NCBI GenBank assembly: GCA_051294375.1
Contig: CM119264.1
Span: 30,566,309 to 30,630,052 of the forward strand
DNA from: Paraspadella gotoi
Taxonomy: Eukaryota > Animalia > Chaetognatha
Direction of reading: 5' to 3'
Length of the DNA: 63,744 nt
The notes under the pieces were generated by a model, which saw only the letters and a list, made by a program, of their open reading frames with translations, did no database searches and was not told where the DNA came from. Positions 1 to 10,612 of this stretch are shown one piece after another. Position 1 is the first letter of the stretch, and each line of letters begins with the position of its first letter. The translations under genes were made by a program, and so were the position numbers.

Positions 1-36
<36 letters not shown>

Positions 37-980
37 TTTACCTACTTATCTCTTTCTTTTTTAACTTACCAAACAACCAATTACATTTCAGCCTTCTTTT
101 CCTTACCCTACATAAGTTTTAATCTTCCTTTATGAACCAAACTCTTCCATATAAAGGATTCATGTTTTTCTCATGTCTTCTTCTTTGATCTTTAGTTTCC
201 TTTCTTTTTTCATTCTTTTCTTTTAGCCTTAATTTCTCTTCCTTACACTTTACTTTCCTTTTTACTCTCATATTTTTTTACTCTCCTCTTCCTCCTCNNN
301 NNNNNNNNNNNNNNNNNNNNNNNNNNNNNNNNNNNNNNNNNNNNNNNNNNNNNNNNNNNNNNNNNNNNNNNNNNNNNNNNNNNNNNNNNNNNNNNNNNNN
401 NNNNNNNNNNNNNNNNNNNNNNNNNNNNNNNNNNNNNNNNNNNNNNNNNNNNNNNNNNNNNNNNNNNNNNNNNNNNNNNNNNNNNNNNNNNNNNNNNNNN
501 NNNNNNNNNNNNNNNNNNNNNNNNNNNNNNNNNNNNNNNNNNNNNNNNNNNNNNNNNNNNNNNNNNNNNNNNNNNNNNNNNNNNNNNNNNNNNNNNNNNN
601 NNTTTCTCTTTCTCCTTTTCCTTTTCCTCTTCTTTTTCCTCCTCCTCTTCTTCCTGTTCCTCTTCCTCCTATTCCTTTTCCTCCACCACTTCCACCTTTT
701 CTTCTTCCTGCTCTTCCTCCTCCTCTTCCTTTTCCTCCTCCACCTCCACCATTCTTTTCAATAATTTTACAAATTTTACATTTTTTTAATATTTATGATT
801 TATCAAGTCGCAACACAAAGTACATACAGTACATACTTTTTCTCCCTACACCCGTCACAGTGCCTTTCCTACATTTTCACACTCTCCACAGTTTCATTCC
901 CATTTCCACCTCCCCCCCTCTCCATTCCATTAACCTGTAGTCGGTCATTCCATAAGTTCACCCCGCCTATAAGCAAGACA

Positions 981-1148
981 CCTTCAGTCGTGACCCGGTG
1001 ACTCATTTGAGTAAAGCCATCAGCTCATTACCACTACGTACCAACCCGGTACCTACCCTGCGGGAAGCCTGAGAACGGCTTTAACCCTCAAGCCTGGTTC
1101 CAAGCCCAGGACCCGTTCCATGGCTGCTCGAGGGGGTTAAAGAAGTTG
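981..1148 (+). mobile_element. tRNA-derived SINE copy (B box deleted)
   Basis: CCTTCAGTCGTGACCCGGTGACTCATT...AACCCTCAAGCCTGGTTCCAAGCC...CATGGCTGCT matches the reverse complement of 61811-62016, which keeps Pol III A/B-box-like motifs. Confidence 0.7.
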
Positions 1149-1192
1149 CGGAGAGCACTCTTCACTCTTCAGCCCCACTTAAATCCACAAAC

Positions 1193-1376
1193 CTGTTAAT
1201 TCAATGTTGATGACATTTCCGCACTTGTATTCCCCCGCGTCTTCAAATTCCACGTTGAGAACTTCCAAGATATAATTGGCGTCGCCTTCTTTCCAGAAAT
1301 TGTATTTGCGTCGATCGACGCTCCCGTCGATGGCGGATTCTCCGACGGAGATGAACTTTTCGAAGAGGCCTTTCCG
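1193..1376 (-). CDS. Ig-superfamily exon, 3' part (C-terminal half of a V/I-type Ig domain)
   Basis: Manual translation (frame absent from the ORF track): RKGLFEKFISVGESAIDGSVDRRKYNFWKEGDANYILEVLNVEFEDAGEYKCGNVINIELT. It has the Ig E/F-strand signature L-x-V-x-N-V-x-x-E-D-A-G-E-Y-K-C and ends at a phase-1 donor (ACAG|GTTTGT), typical of Ig exons. Confidence 0.85.
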
Positions 1377-2199
1377 TCCCTCTCCTTCCCGTCACCCCTC
1401 CGATCGATCCGCAGCTCCGCAAGCAGGAGGTCCCCGCAAGGTGATCAGATTCCCTGGTGCGTGCCGGTCGGGAGCGAAATTCGCGCTCAATCGTTCCCAC
1501 ATCTCTCGCAGGCACCCCCACAAACCGTTACGCCGTACGATGGGATTAAATTGACGGCCGGTAGCATGAGGTGGGGGGAGGAGATGGGAGGAGCGGAGGG
1601 AGCAGAGGAGAAGGGAGGGCAGAGGAGAGGAGCGAGGTCGGGAGGGAAGGGAAGGGCGGAACGGTTGGGAAGGCAGAGATGAGGAAGGAAGAGAGGAGAG
1701 AGGAAGGAGGGAAAGCGGGAGGGAGGGAGGGAGGCAAGGGAGGGAGTGAAGGCGGAAAGGTGGAAGCGGAGAGAGCGAGAAGGAGTGAGAGTGAAGCGAA
1801 AAAGAAAGCGCGGCAAAGACAGAGAGAAGAGAGCAAGACCGAGACAGGTGCCGGAAGGAGAGTGAGCAAGGAAAGAGGCGGAGGGAGGAGAAGGGGAGGG
1901 GAGCGGGGAGGGAGAGAGGGATGGAGGGAGAAGCGGAGTTCCAAGCAAGGAGGAGAGAAGAAAAAATGAAGAGGGCAGGAAAGAGGGAGTTGGGGGAGTG
2001 GATGGGAAAAAGTAGAAACGGGAAAAGAGTCGGGGAAGAAGAGAAGAATGACTGTAACTGATAAGGTCTGGAAATTTGATTAAAATCGTGGACACATACA
2101 TATTCCAAATCTCCCTACCCCCCTCACTCGCGTCGCGCCCCCCGCCGCGGGCGGCGACCCCCCGGGCGCGGCGANNNNNNNNNNNNNNNNNNNNNNNNN
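1377..2199. other. Probable spurious gap-fill: noisy inverted copy of the Ig exon, purine-rich filler and a 25-N gap
   Basis: 1377-1550 on + is an indel-rich copy of the reverse complement of 2200-2340. The gap 2175-2199 is exactly 25 N. Removing the block makes the two Ig halves nearly contiguous. Confidence 0.7.
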
Positions 2200-2412
2200 T
2201 TAATCCACACGGACGTTTTGTCCGGAGAGAAACACTTGAAGGCGATTGTCGCTCCCAGCGGCACGACCGACTGCACCTGCGGGACCTCCTGCTGCGGCAG
2301 CTGCGGATCGATCGAGGGGTGACGGGAGAGAGGGACGCCGCCGATGGCGTCGAAGGCGGCGTCGTCGGCGTCGTCGGCGTCGAAACGCCGGAATGATTCG
2401 AGGACGTCGCCC
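2200..2412 (-). CDS. Ig-superfamily exon, 5' part (acidic linker plus Ig A'/B/C strands)
   Basis: Acceptor TTCCCCTCCGTTCCGCCAG|G, then GDVLESFRRFDADDADDAAFDAIGGVPLSRHPSIDPQLPQQEVPQVQSVVPLGATIAFKCFSPDKTSVWI, with the B-strand Cys and C-strand Trp; runs into the N gap. Confidence 0.8.
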   Translation of the reverse strand, partial: GRRPRIIPAFRRRRRRRRRLRRHRRRPSLPSPLDRSAAAAAGGPAGAVGRAAGSDNRLQVFLSGQNVRVD

Positions 2413-2489
2413 CTGGCGGAACGGAGGGGAAGTAGAAAATGGGTGAGTGAAAAGGTGAGGAACGAGTGAAGATTATCAATATCATCATT

Positions 2490-2858
2490 CATCAATGGAA
2501 TAGACCTATAGACGGACCTTGACGGCCTTGTGATGCGATTGCTCGTCGTCTTCGCGAAACATCAGAAAGACGACCAATCACAAACCTTTTTTCAACCTTG
2601 GACCGACCAATGACCGACAGAGAGACTAAGGAGTCAATTCAATAATTATTTGAATAAGAGTTGTTTCTTGAGATTGGATGTTGAGGAGAGTCCCTCGAGA
2701 TCCCTCGGCAATCTCGACCATCGACTCCTTAGTCTCTCTATCGGTCATTGGTCGGTCTAAGGTTGAAGTAAAGTTTGTGATTGGTCGATTTTCTGATGAT
2801 TCGCGAAGACGACATCACAAGGCCGACAAGGTCCGTCCATAGGTCTATTCCGTTGATG
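2490..2858. mobile_element. MITE with ~140-bp terminal inverted repeats
   Basis: CATCAATGGAATAGACCTATAGACGGACCTTG...GAGAGACTAAGGAGTC (2490-~2636) is the imperfect reverse complement of GACTCCTTAGTCTCTC...CATAGGTCTATTCCGTTGATG (~2723-2858). TT flanks both sides (possible 2-bp TSD). Confidence 0.85.
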
Positions 2859-3284
2859 TTACAATTAAGTAAGAATGAATTTATATTAATAATCATTATT
2901 AATATAAATATTTAGAGAAACTGAGATCGCCAATCGAATTATTTACGTAGATATTCCAATGCTTCCTAAGAAATTTTTTGGTTTCCTCTGTTCAAACCAG
3001 AATCGAAGGCCGGTGGACTACTCGGGTCTACAGCTCCTCTTCTCTCTCTTTTCCTCCTCCCTCCTCATCCTCCTCACGGGGATTCGGGGTCGCGTTCAAG
3101 TTTAGGTTCAGTTCATCTTTTCCTCTCTCTCTGACTCTTTCTCTCTCCCCTTTTTTTTTTGGACCTTTTTATATTTTCGAATAGAGTATAGAGCCCAGTT
3201 ATGAAATATACTTATTCTCCTCCCATTCCTTTCGGTTTCTACTAGACGTGAGACTTAGTTAGGCCCAGAGCCCTCCAGTTACAG

Positions 3285-3334
3285 TGGCGCCCAATGTGGG
3301 GCTCGATCCTACGACCCAGGGATTAAGAGTCCCA
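3285..3334 (-). pseudogene. 3' ~50 nt of tRNA-Lys(CTT) including CCA (extended PBS or retroposed fragment)
   Basis: TGGCGCCCAATGTGGGGCTCGATCCTACGACCCAGGGATTAAGAGTCCCA is the complement of the CCA, acceptor, T arm and anticodon arm (CTCTTAA loop) of metazoan tRNA-Lys(CTT), with ~4 mismatches. The 5' acceptor strand is missing. Confidence 0.8.
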
Positions 3335-3519
3335 GAGCCCTCCAGTTAGAGCAAACGACGGTCACAAAACATTTAAGTTTTGTTTTGTTTACAAATTCAA
3401 TGTCGCATTGCATTGTACAATTAGCCAATTCTATTCCATTATATTTTCTAATTTTAATAAATCAAAATTGTCTCTCTTTTTCTTCGACTATTTTAATTCC
3501 GACCACTTTCAATAGATGT

Positions 3520-3718
3520 GGGGTTCAAACCCAAAACGGTACTTTCCCTTCGCGGTGCATGACCACAAGGTCCGTGACCACCAAGTCCCGGGTTCGATGC
3601 CAAAACGGTACTTTTCTTGTGCGTGAGAACGGTCGTGGGACGTAGGAATTGATTTGGGCATGTGGAAACGCCCCAAGCCTGTTTCCATGATTAAGGCCCG
3701 TTGCATTGGAGCAGAAGG
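3520..3718 (+). mobile_element. Diverged copy of the tRNA-derived SINE family with duplicated B-box segment
   Basis: GGGTTCAAACCCAAAACGGTAC and GGGTTCGATGCCAAAACGGTAC, followed by GAGAACGG...GTGGAAAC..CCCAAGCCTGTTTCCA, resembling 981-1148 and 61811-62016. Confidence 0.5.
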
Positions 3719-3947
3719 AAGGAAAAATTTACAAAATATTTGTCTTATCCCCCGGTATAACCGATGTCGTATTGGAATCTGACAAACACAATTCTATCAG
3801 AAAAATTTCTCTCGGGAAAACCAAAATGCATTACTCATTCAATAAAAAGCGAGAAAATTTTATTTTGTTTTTCACATTTTTATGTCGTGACGTTCTCTCT
3901 CTCTCTCTCTAGAGAGGAGAGATCTTGTACCCTTCTTCTCTTCTACC

Positions 3948-4680
3948 TGTAGAGGAGACTTGGCGACAAAAGCCGCTCAATTAAATGTAGTCTGCAAGGG
4001 TAGGAAACTTTCACAGAGAGATCATGAGAGCGATCGTCTGTTAGTAGGCTGGAAGATGGCTTTTTACTAAAACTGCTTTCTGAACATAAGAACTTTAGCC
4101 TGGAAACGTCAGATATATAACAGGAAGATTCTCGATCAAAAAGGACAAATATATAAAAAAAAAAAAAAGAAAGATGCGACTATCGGAAAAAGATAAGAAA
4201 CTCCGACTAAATGAATAGGTAATGGAAAGATACCGAGAAAATTAATAAATCTGCAGTCACTGAAAACGAAAATTCCATGCGAAAAACAATTTAAACAAAA
4301 ATAGATCCAGCAAGAAAATCATCACAAAAAATCTCCGAAGAAAAATAACGGGCTTGTGCCGTTGATATTGAAAGTCGTAATGAATATATTGATGGTCCAG
4401 GAGAGAATATCCGTAAAAGGAAATCTGTGATCAAATAGTGGTACTGTACTCTAATAAATGTGATCTAGTGAATCGAATGTTACATTGTTTGAGTCTGTCC
4501 AAGTAAAGTTTGGAGAGACGAGAGAGAAGAAGAATACGCAGAGAGGGAGAGAAAGAGTGCTGTAGAAAGTAGTCAGGTCAGTCCCTGTCCGGTCGGATTC
4601 GGATTCAAGAGTCGGTGCGAATGGGTCGGATCTGGCCGTCCTCCGGTCGGCTCTTCGTTGCCGTAGGCTCCTTTTCCTCA
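3948..4680 (-). repeat. 3' LTR (noisy, insertion-rich copy)
   Basis: Shares AAAAAATCTCCGAAGAAA, TGTGATCTAGTGAATC, TGTTTGAGTCTGTCCAAGTAAAGTTTGGAGAGA and AAAGTAGTCAGGT in the same order with 10066-10612. Confidence 0.8.
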
Positions 4681-5409
4681 ACCCCGCGCCTCGGCTCTAG
4701 GAGACTCCTAAGAACCTAAGCAGCACCGTCTAAATGCGCGCAGGACCGACGGTATCATATGCGAATCTCACACCTATCAACCCCCTAATTCTTCCTTCAT
4801 GTCTTCTTGTTTCGGAGATGGAGTTTTCTGATTGATCTTCAATCTTGTTCTTCGTTCGAGGACATCATTAGGTTCCTGAAGAGCACTGAATAGAGGGGAT
4901 TGAGGAGAAATATTCATAACACTCATTCATGAGATCGTATGGCATAACGAGATTCATTTCCTTTCATTTGTTCGTTCGTACACATACATTAATCATTCAT
5001 TTCGTTCATTTGTTCATTCATAATCGTTATATCATTCTGGGTTATCTTCAGAGATGGATAAGTTTCTTGAGTTCAATCCGATTGAATGGTTAAGCGTTTT
5101 TTCCTTGTCAGCTTTGTTTTAAATCTTATTTTAGGTTTTCTAGGTTCTTATTTCTTATTGTTTTTGTTTCTTCCTTGGTTGTTCTTGTTTCGGGTTTTTT
5201 CTTGTTTTTTTTTCCATTTTTGTTTCTTGTTTCGTTTTTGTCATTGATTATTAAGAGTTTCTTTTTTGTTGTAATATACAAGGTTTTTGTCTTTGAGTTA
5301 TTTTTATACATAGATAAAGGCTATTAATGTAATGTTGACAATTAATGTTTCATTCAATTTCTATAATATTCATTCTTGTCATCGATTTTCTTTTTTGTTG
5401 ACATTCATT

Positions 5410-6465
5410 ACTCAATACTGTCTGGACCAGAATTGGTGGCGCAATCCTCTATCAAAGGGTTTCCTTCTGCCTGGCTGATGAGAACGCCGAGCATCATAGT
5501 CTTTCATCGTCTAAATTGTTCTAGATTTCTGGATTTTTCTTCTGTTCTTGGTCCTTTGTTGATGGTCTTGTTCTTGGTCTCTTGTTCTTATGTGTCTTGT
5601 TCGTCAGTTCAATTTCTTGTTCTATTTCTTTTGCCGGTTCCTTCGCCGCGGATGGTGCACCGTTTCACGACATACGGTTCCACAATTTTCCCGGATATCA
5701 AGAACTTTGGAAGAACGGGCTCCTAGCTGGCGCTGCGCTTCCAAAACTTTTTCAGGATTTTATTGTTTTTTCTTTTATTTAGTTTTCGTATCTTCGTAAT
5801 TTCCTTTGATGTTGAGTCGTTTCAGATAGGCGGTTCCAGATGAATCTACTGTGCGCGGCGCCAAGCCGTTCCATTTGTGTCCCATTGATCTTGATTCCAC
5901 CACGCCCCACATTCAGTGTGTCGGAACTTTGAATGGGAAGCCTTTCGTCCGGTTAATAAAGATTGTGGCCTCCCTTGAAGCTGGCAGCTGCCGCGCCCTT
6001 GGTGGCCCACACCCTTTGCCGGCTCCTCTTTCCACGCTGGCATGGCCGCGCGCCGGAAGGGATGGCTTGCACATTCATTCTGTACATTCTTTCGCACGCG
6101 AGAATTGGCTGGTTGGCCGCCGGAACTTGTTATCCTTAAGCACTAACGCCTTCGGGTTGAGTCCGATAGGTATTCCGGCGCGTAATTCTCTGGCTGGTAT
6201 GTCCTGGCCGGCCTTTCCATTACCCTATAGGTCAGGTCCGCCGGCGGGTTCCGCGACGCCACAAGCAACCTTTGCTGGGTTGCGCACCGGCTTTCCCAGT
6301 ACTGTAAGTTTACTGAGGTTCGGGTTGGCCGGGCGGTTTTCCGACGCCGCACTCTCTGGCTGGTTGCCGGTCGGCTTTCCATTAACCCTTAGGTCAGTTG
6401 TCCGACGGGTTCCGGCGCCAGAGCTCCGTCAGAGTGTTGATCGTTCGGCGTTGCTTCGTTCACAT
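5410..6465 (-). pseudogene. Second, unidentified ORF of the LTR element (frameshifted, ~350 codons)
   Basis: Coding-like fragments after an N-terminal tandem repeat: MYRMNVQAIPSGARP, EATIFINRTKGFPFKVPT, GGIKINGTQMERLGAAHSRFIWNRLSETTQHQRKLRRYEN, KEIEQEIELTNK, TMMLGVLISQAEGNPLIEDCATNSGPDSIE*. No protease, RT, RNase H or integrase motif recognised. Confidence 0.45.
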
Positions 6466-6999
6466 GGAGAATAAAAAGAGACAGATTAGTAGTTATATGT
6501 TAGACAATTTTTTTTGTATCTGTTTTTTTCTAATGATTATAAATTGTTTAATATTTAAAGAATACTCCGATTTAAAAAATATGATCTTGTAGAGTAAGAG
6601 TTTAGTCCAGTTGAACTAAATTCTTAGTTTTATTCTGTTTAATTATAAAATAATAATTCTGAATAAAATAATGCTATTTTATATTTTAAATATTTCTTTG
6701 CTCTTTTTTATCGGGGTTTCTCGTTCTTTCATGTTTCTTATTCATTTTTATTTAATATACATATAATATTTATTATTAGCCAGTTTTAATTCATTATTTT
6801 TAACATGACCATGTATTTTTCATTAGCTTAAAATAGTAAATTTAGTGACGTCGGAAACCGAAACAAAATGCTAATCAACTTCATTAGGTCAGGGGCTACA
6901 AACAATTTAGTCATTCAGACATTCACTTAAGTGGGTTTCTATCTCATAACTATTATTTCAGTAATATGGCGGAACTCACCGGAATCAAAAGCCGTGCAG

Positions 7000-9505
7000 C
7001 AGTGAGAGATAGTCATGTTTGTTGAGGGCTGTCGACAAGATTCGTAGTGTAAGGAGAAGTCGCCAAACCCACACTTTCGCGTATGTCACGGGGTCCTGTC
7101 TTCGGGGCAAAATGCCTGTAACATTATGCACAATAGAGTGGGTGTGGCGCCACCACAAATAGCAATACAGTTGGCCATTTTTAGGCAAGTTACACATCTG
7201 TTTTAGCAAATGGTTCTTTTCTATAGACTATTCTATAGCATTAAACCAGTTTTCTTTTCATATATAAGTATGCTTTGTTTTCAATTGGAGCAGTTTTTTT
7301 TAAAAGGTCTTTGCAAGCTTCAACATTTGCCCCTTCATTACATATCATACACAAGCATGTTTGCAAGCTTTCAACTTTCTAAGCAATTCGTACACTAAGA
7401 TGCTAATGAAACCTTGGTTGAACCTTCAAAAGGGTTGCCTTTGTCGGCTTTCACCTGCTCCGCCGTTCAGGTTCCCGGCCGTGATTCGTTGGCGTTTGAT
7501 GCAGGCGATGTCGACGCGTGATCTTCTTTTTTTGCATAGGCTTCCTTTTTCTAAAAGGATTCTTTTTCTTGAGAAAGAATGATGAAGTCGTCAAACTTCA
7601 ACTTTCTCCCGTGGATGGTACTGATGATCTGCATTCTTTTCCGGCGATACGCTCGCTCTTTTAGAATAAAAGTCACATCCTGGTTTCGCATAATTTTGTT
7701 CTGATAACATGTGTCTATGCATACCATTTCACTCCCTTTTTCATAATAGTTATTCAGCCAAAACGTTTGACTCAATATCTTCTCAATAACAGTGGCTAAA
7801 ACCTGTCCAATTTCTGTTCTGTTTTTTCGCAAAGGCAATTTTTTTATTTTTTTTTTTTTATTATCTTAGGTTTTGGCCAACGATATCCTTGAGCAAAAAT
7901 CATGGACGTTGGCATCTTTCTTCCCAAATTCTTTTCTTAGGGTCTCCAAAGCTTCCTTTAATTGCCTCAGAGTGGTTCATTTTCTTTCATTATGAATTTT
8001 GGTTAGTTTCATATGAGCCAGTCCTGTAAACCAATGGTTGAGCTCTTGTAGTTTGACGCTGTCAGTAGCTTCAGCCTGTTTCATGGTTTGCTTCATAGCT
8101 CGCATATGCATTTCAAACACAACATTCTTGTCTTCTCCAGAAAAAGGGTTCTTTGGCCTTCCCTGTTCGAACATTTCCTCCAGCATGGAGAATCCTTTTT
8201 TTCAATTGGTTCATTCAAGTTGTCTATAAATAGAATCATTAAGGTTGGTTCTTGCAGCAGTTGTTGGTTGCTGGGGTCATAACCCGGAGTTTGAGCGCAA
8301 ACAATCTGAGTCGGCTTCAAAAAAAGCGGGTCGTTTGTAATCTCCAAAACTCACTCGCGTACGATTTTTTTTTCATTTTCCAAGTTGTAAGGGTGATTAT
8401 TGTGGACCAAGTCCTCCTAGACTTGATGGATCCTCCTTTCTTGTTTTTTAGATTTCCCACTTCATGGTTTGGCACAGCAATCGCGGAGCTTATGTTCATA
8501 GTTCTCTCAGCTTTCCAGTTCTTTGTCTCTCATTAAGGTTCTTCTCCACTCGCATTTCGAGGCGTCCTTGAAGCTTTTTGGAAGGCTTGCAACATTTCAT
8601 TCAAGTCATTTCGCGATTCTTTCATTTTCGGCAGAAAAGAGGATCGGACGGGAACTCATACGTGACTTCTCCTTCAAATAGAGAGCGAGTTTTCAATGAA
8701 GGATCGAGTTTTTCTTTTCACAATCTTCTCGATTTATTGTCTTCATTTCTCTCTCTTTTATTTCGGTTCATGGAGTTTGCATTTCTTTTTCCATCTCTAT
8801 TTTTCTTTTTTGCTATTTCTTGTTTGTAGCCTCGAGCTCTTCTTTTTCTTCTTTTTTCCGCCTTGATAAAGGGTCCAATTCATGTTTGTATTCTTTGTCA
8901 AATTTTCTTCTCTTGTCACACAGCAATCTATTTCAAAATCATTGAAGTGTTCGTGGTCCCGAAGCCAAGAATCCTCATTGATCTACAAGCATTCATTTGT
9001 GTCACAATAGGGCTTTCGTTTGTTCACATCATCAGTTCGTCCGCTTCATAACGTGTTGCTTCAACCTGTTCACGAGTTTTCAGACTGTCTGCCGGATGTC
9101 GAGTCGAAATCCTCAACTTTCACTCTTTGATTTATCATCATCCTTGTTTTTCAGAAATCGTGCAGTTTCCTTGCTACGTGGCACTCTGGTCCTTTTCCTC
9201 GTCCATGGCGACGATAGCAATGTTCACGTATTTGGAGAGTCTGGTCGAGAAGATTGAGATCGTCGTGGAGAGATCGGCAAGACTTTTGCAGCAGCGCTTG
9301 GTCTGTCTCATCTTCAATTCGAGGAGATCCAGTAGTTCAGCCGGCGATAGTGACGCGATTCCGGGGGTGGCGAGTTCCTGTACGCCTCATGAGGCCCGTA
9401 GAGCGCGTGGACGGCATCGGCGAATCCCCTTTGGAGTCGGGTCATCCACTTTCAATTTGCGCGCGCTCAAAGCATTGAGAATCTCGAAATCGACATCGTT
9501 CGTAT
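7000..9505 (-). pseudogene. gag: BEL/Pao gag-like protein (frameshifted)
   Basis: Coiled-coil-like N-terminus. DUF1759-like segment PFSGEDKNVVFEMHMRAMKQTMKQAEATDSVKLQELNHWFTGLA...LKEALETLRKEFG (8170-7920). Three Cys/His knuckle remnants read across frameshifts: CMICNEG-x-NVEAC (~7345), RCVTCLK (~7195) and ICGGATPTLLC (~7150), the last resembling the BEL CxxCxxxHHTLLH knuckle. Confidence 0.75.
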
Positions 9506-10065
9506 GAAACAAAACAAAAGTTGGGATGAAGAGAAAGAATAACAAAATTTGTTCAAATCATTCAATTACACGTTCTAATCCTTTAAAAGGTTTGAAAAAT
9601 TAGGTAAAAAAGACTCCGAATAAAGTTGGCTTTCATTTAGTGGAATTCGTATGGTTCAAGCCAAATATTCACGAATTTTCAACTAAAACAAATTGAATTT
9701 AAATGCAATACAAACCAATTCCGTAAAATCCGTTTTGGGTCAATTCAGATCAATTTCAAATAAAAGATTTAGTTACGGAAATCACTGGTTTCAAATAATC
9801 GAAATCGGACGGCAGTAGAAGCAAACAAAACATCAAAACTAAATCATTCAATCGTCAAATTCATTTATCAAATCGGTTAATCATTCGACTAACCAAATCA
9901 AATGCAATCAATCACTTTGATTCGGCGAGTCACCTTCGTTGGATTTGATGTCGGTTTCCGATCCGAAGGTTGGGTGACCCCAAGCTTTTGAAAATGGCAT
10001 TAATCCAATTCATGTCAATCATAAAAACAAGCTTACCCGTTGAAGCGATGGTTTATTGTCCTTAC

Positions 10066-10612
10066 TGTAGAGAGATCTTGGCTCTCCCGCGTCGCAGGGT
10101 AGGAATGGCTCGTCGTGAGGGAGGCTCAACTGCATCTGACAAGACTCCCGACGTCGTATATAACTGGAGATCTCTCAAAAAGCAAATAATAAATAGTCGA
10201 TCGTAAAATGTAATAAAAATGTAATAAAAAACTTATAAATCAGCAACGAAAATCCAGCGTAAATACAAACCAAAAAATCCAGCAAAAAATCATAACAAAA
10301 AATCTCCGAAGAAATAACGGCGTCCGGGAAAAGGTCGTAAGAAAATAGTTGATGTTCCAGAGAAAATCGTAAGGAATCGTGATCCAAAGTTGGTCTGTCT
10401 CTAAAAATTGTGATCTAGTGAATCTGAATTTGTCCTCTGTTTGAGTCTGTCCAAGTAAAGTTTGGAGAGAGAGAGAGAGAGAAAGAGAGAAGGAGTAGAA
10501 AGAGTGGAGAAAGTAGTCAGGTGCAGTCCCTGTCCGTCCCCTCGATCGGCTCAATCGGTCGAATGGGTCCGGCATCTGGCCGTCTCCGTCGGTCTCTGCC
10601 TTTTTCTCTTCA
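10066..10612 (-). repeat. 5' LTR
   Basis: Direct repeat of 3948-4680; reads TGTAGAG...CTCTTCA on +. Confidence 0.8.

Larger units (their letters stand above)
3948..10612 (-). mobile_element. BEL/Pao-type LTR retrotransposon, non-autonomous (gag plus unknown ORF, no pol)
   Basis: Direct terminal repeats 3948-4680 and 10066-10612, both TG...CA. PPT-like GAGGCGCGGGGT on minus next to the 3' LTR. Internal frameshifted BEL-type gag. No clear TSD or PBS. Confidence 0.8.

Noticed and set aside
1377-1550. Inverted paralogous Ig exon or antisense regulator
   Set aside because: Indel-rich copy adjacent to a 25-N gap, lying in the middle of the exon; better explained as a gap-fill error.
3285-3362. 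Functional tRNA-Lys gene
   Set aside because: The 5' acceptor strand does not pair, the T loop is mutated (GGATCGA), and CCA is encoded.
5851-6474. 207-aa plus-strand ORF
   Set aside because: Antisense to the element's gag/ORF2 orientation, non-ATG start, GC-rich repeat shadow.
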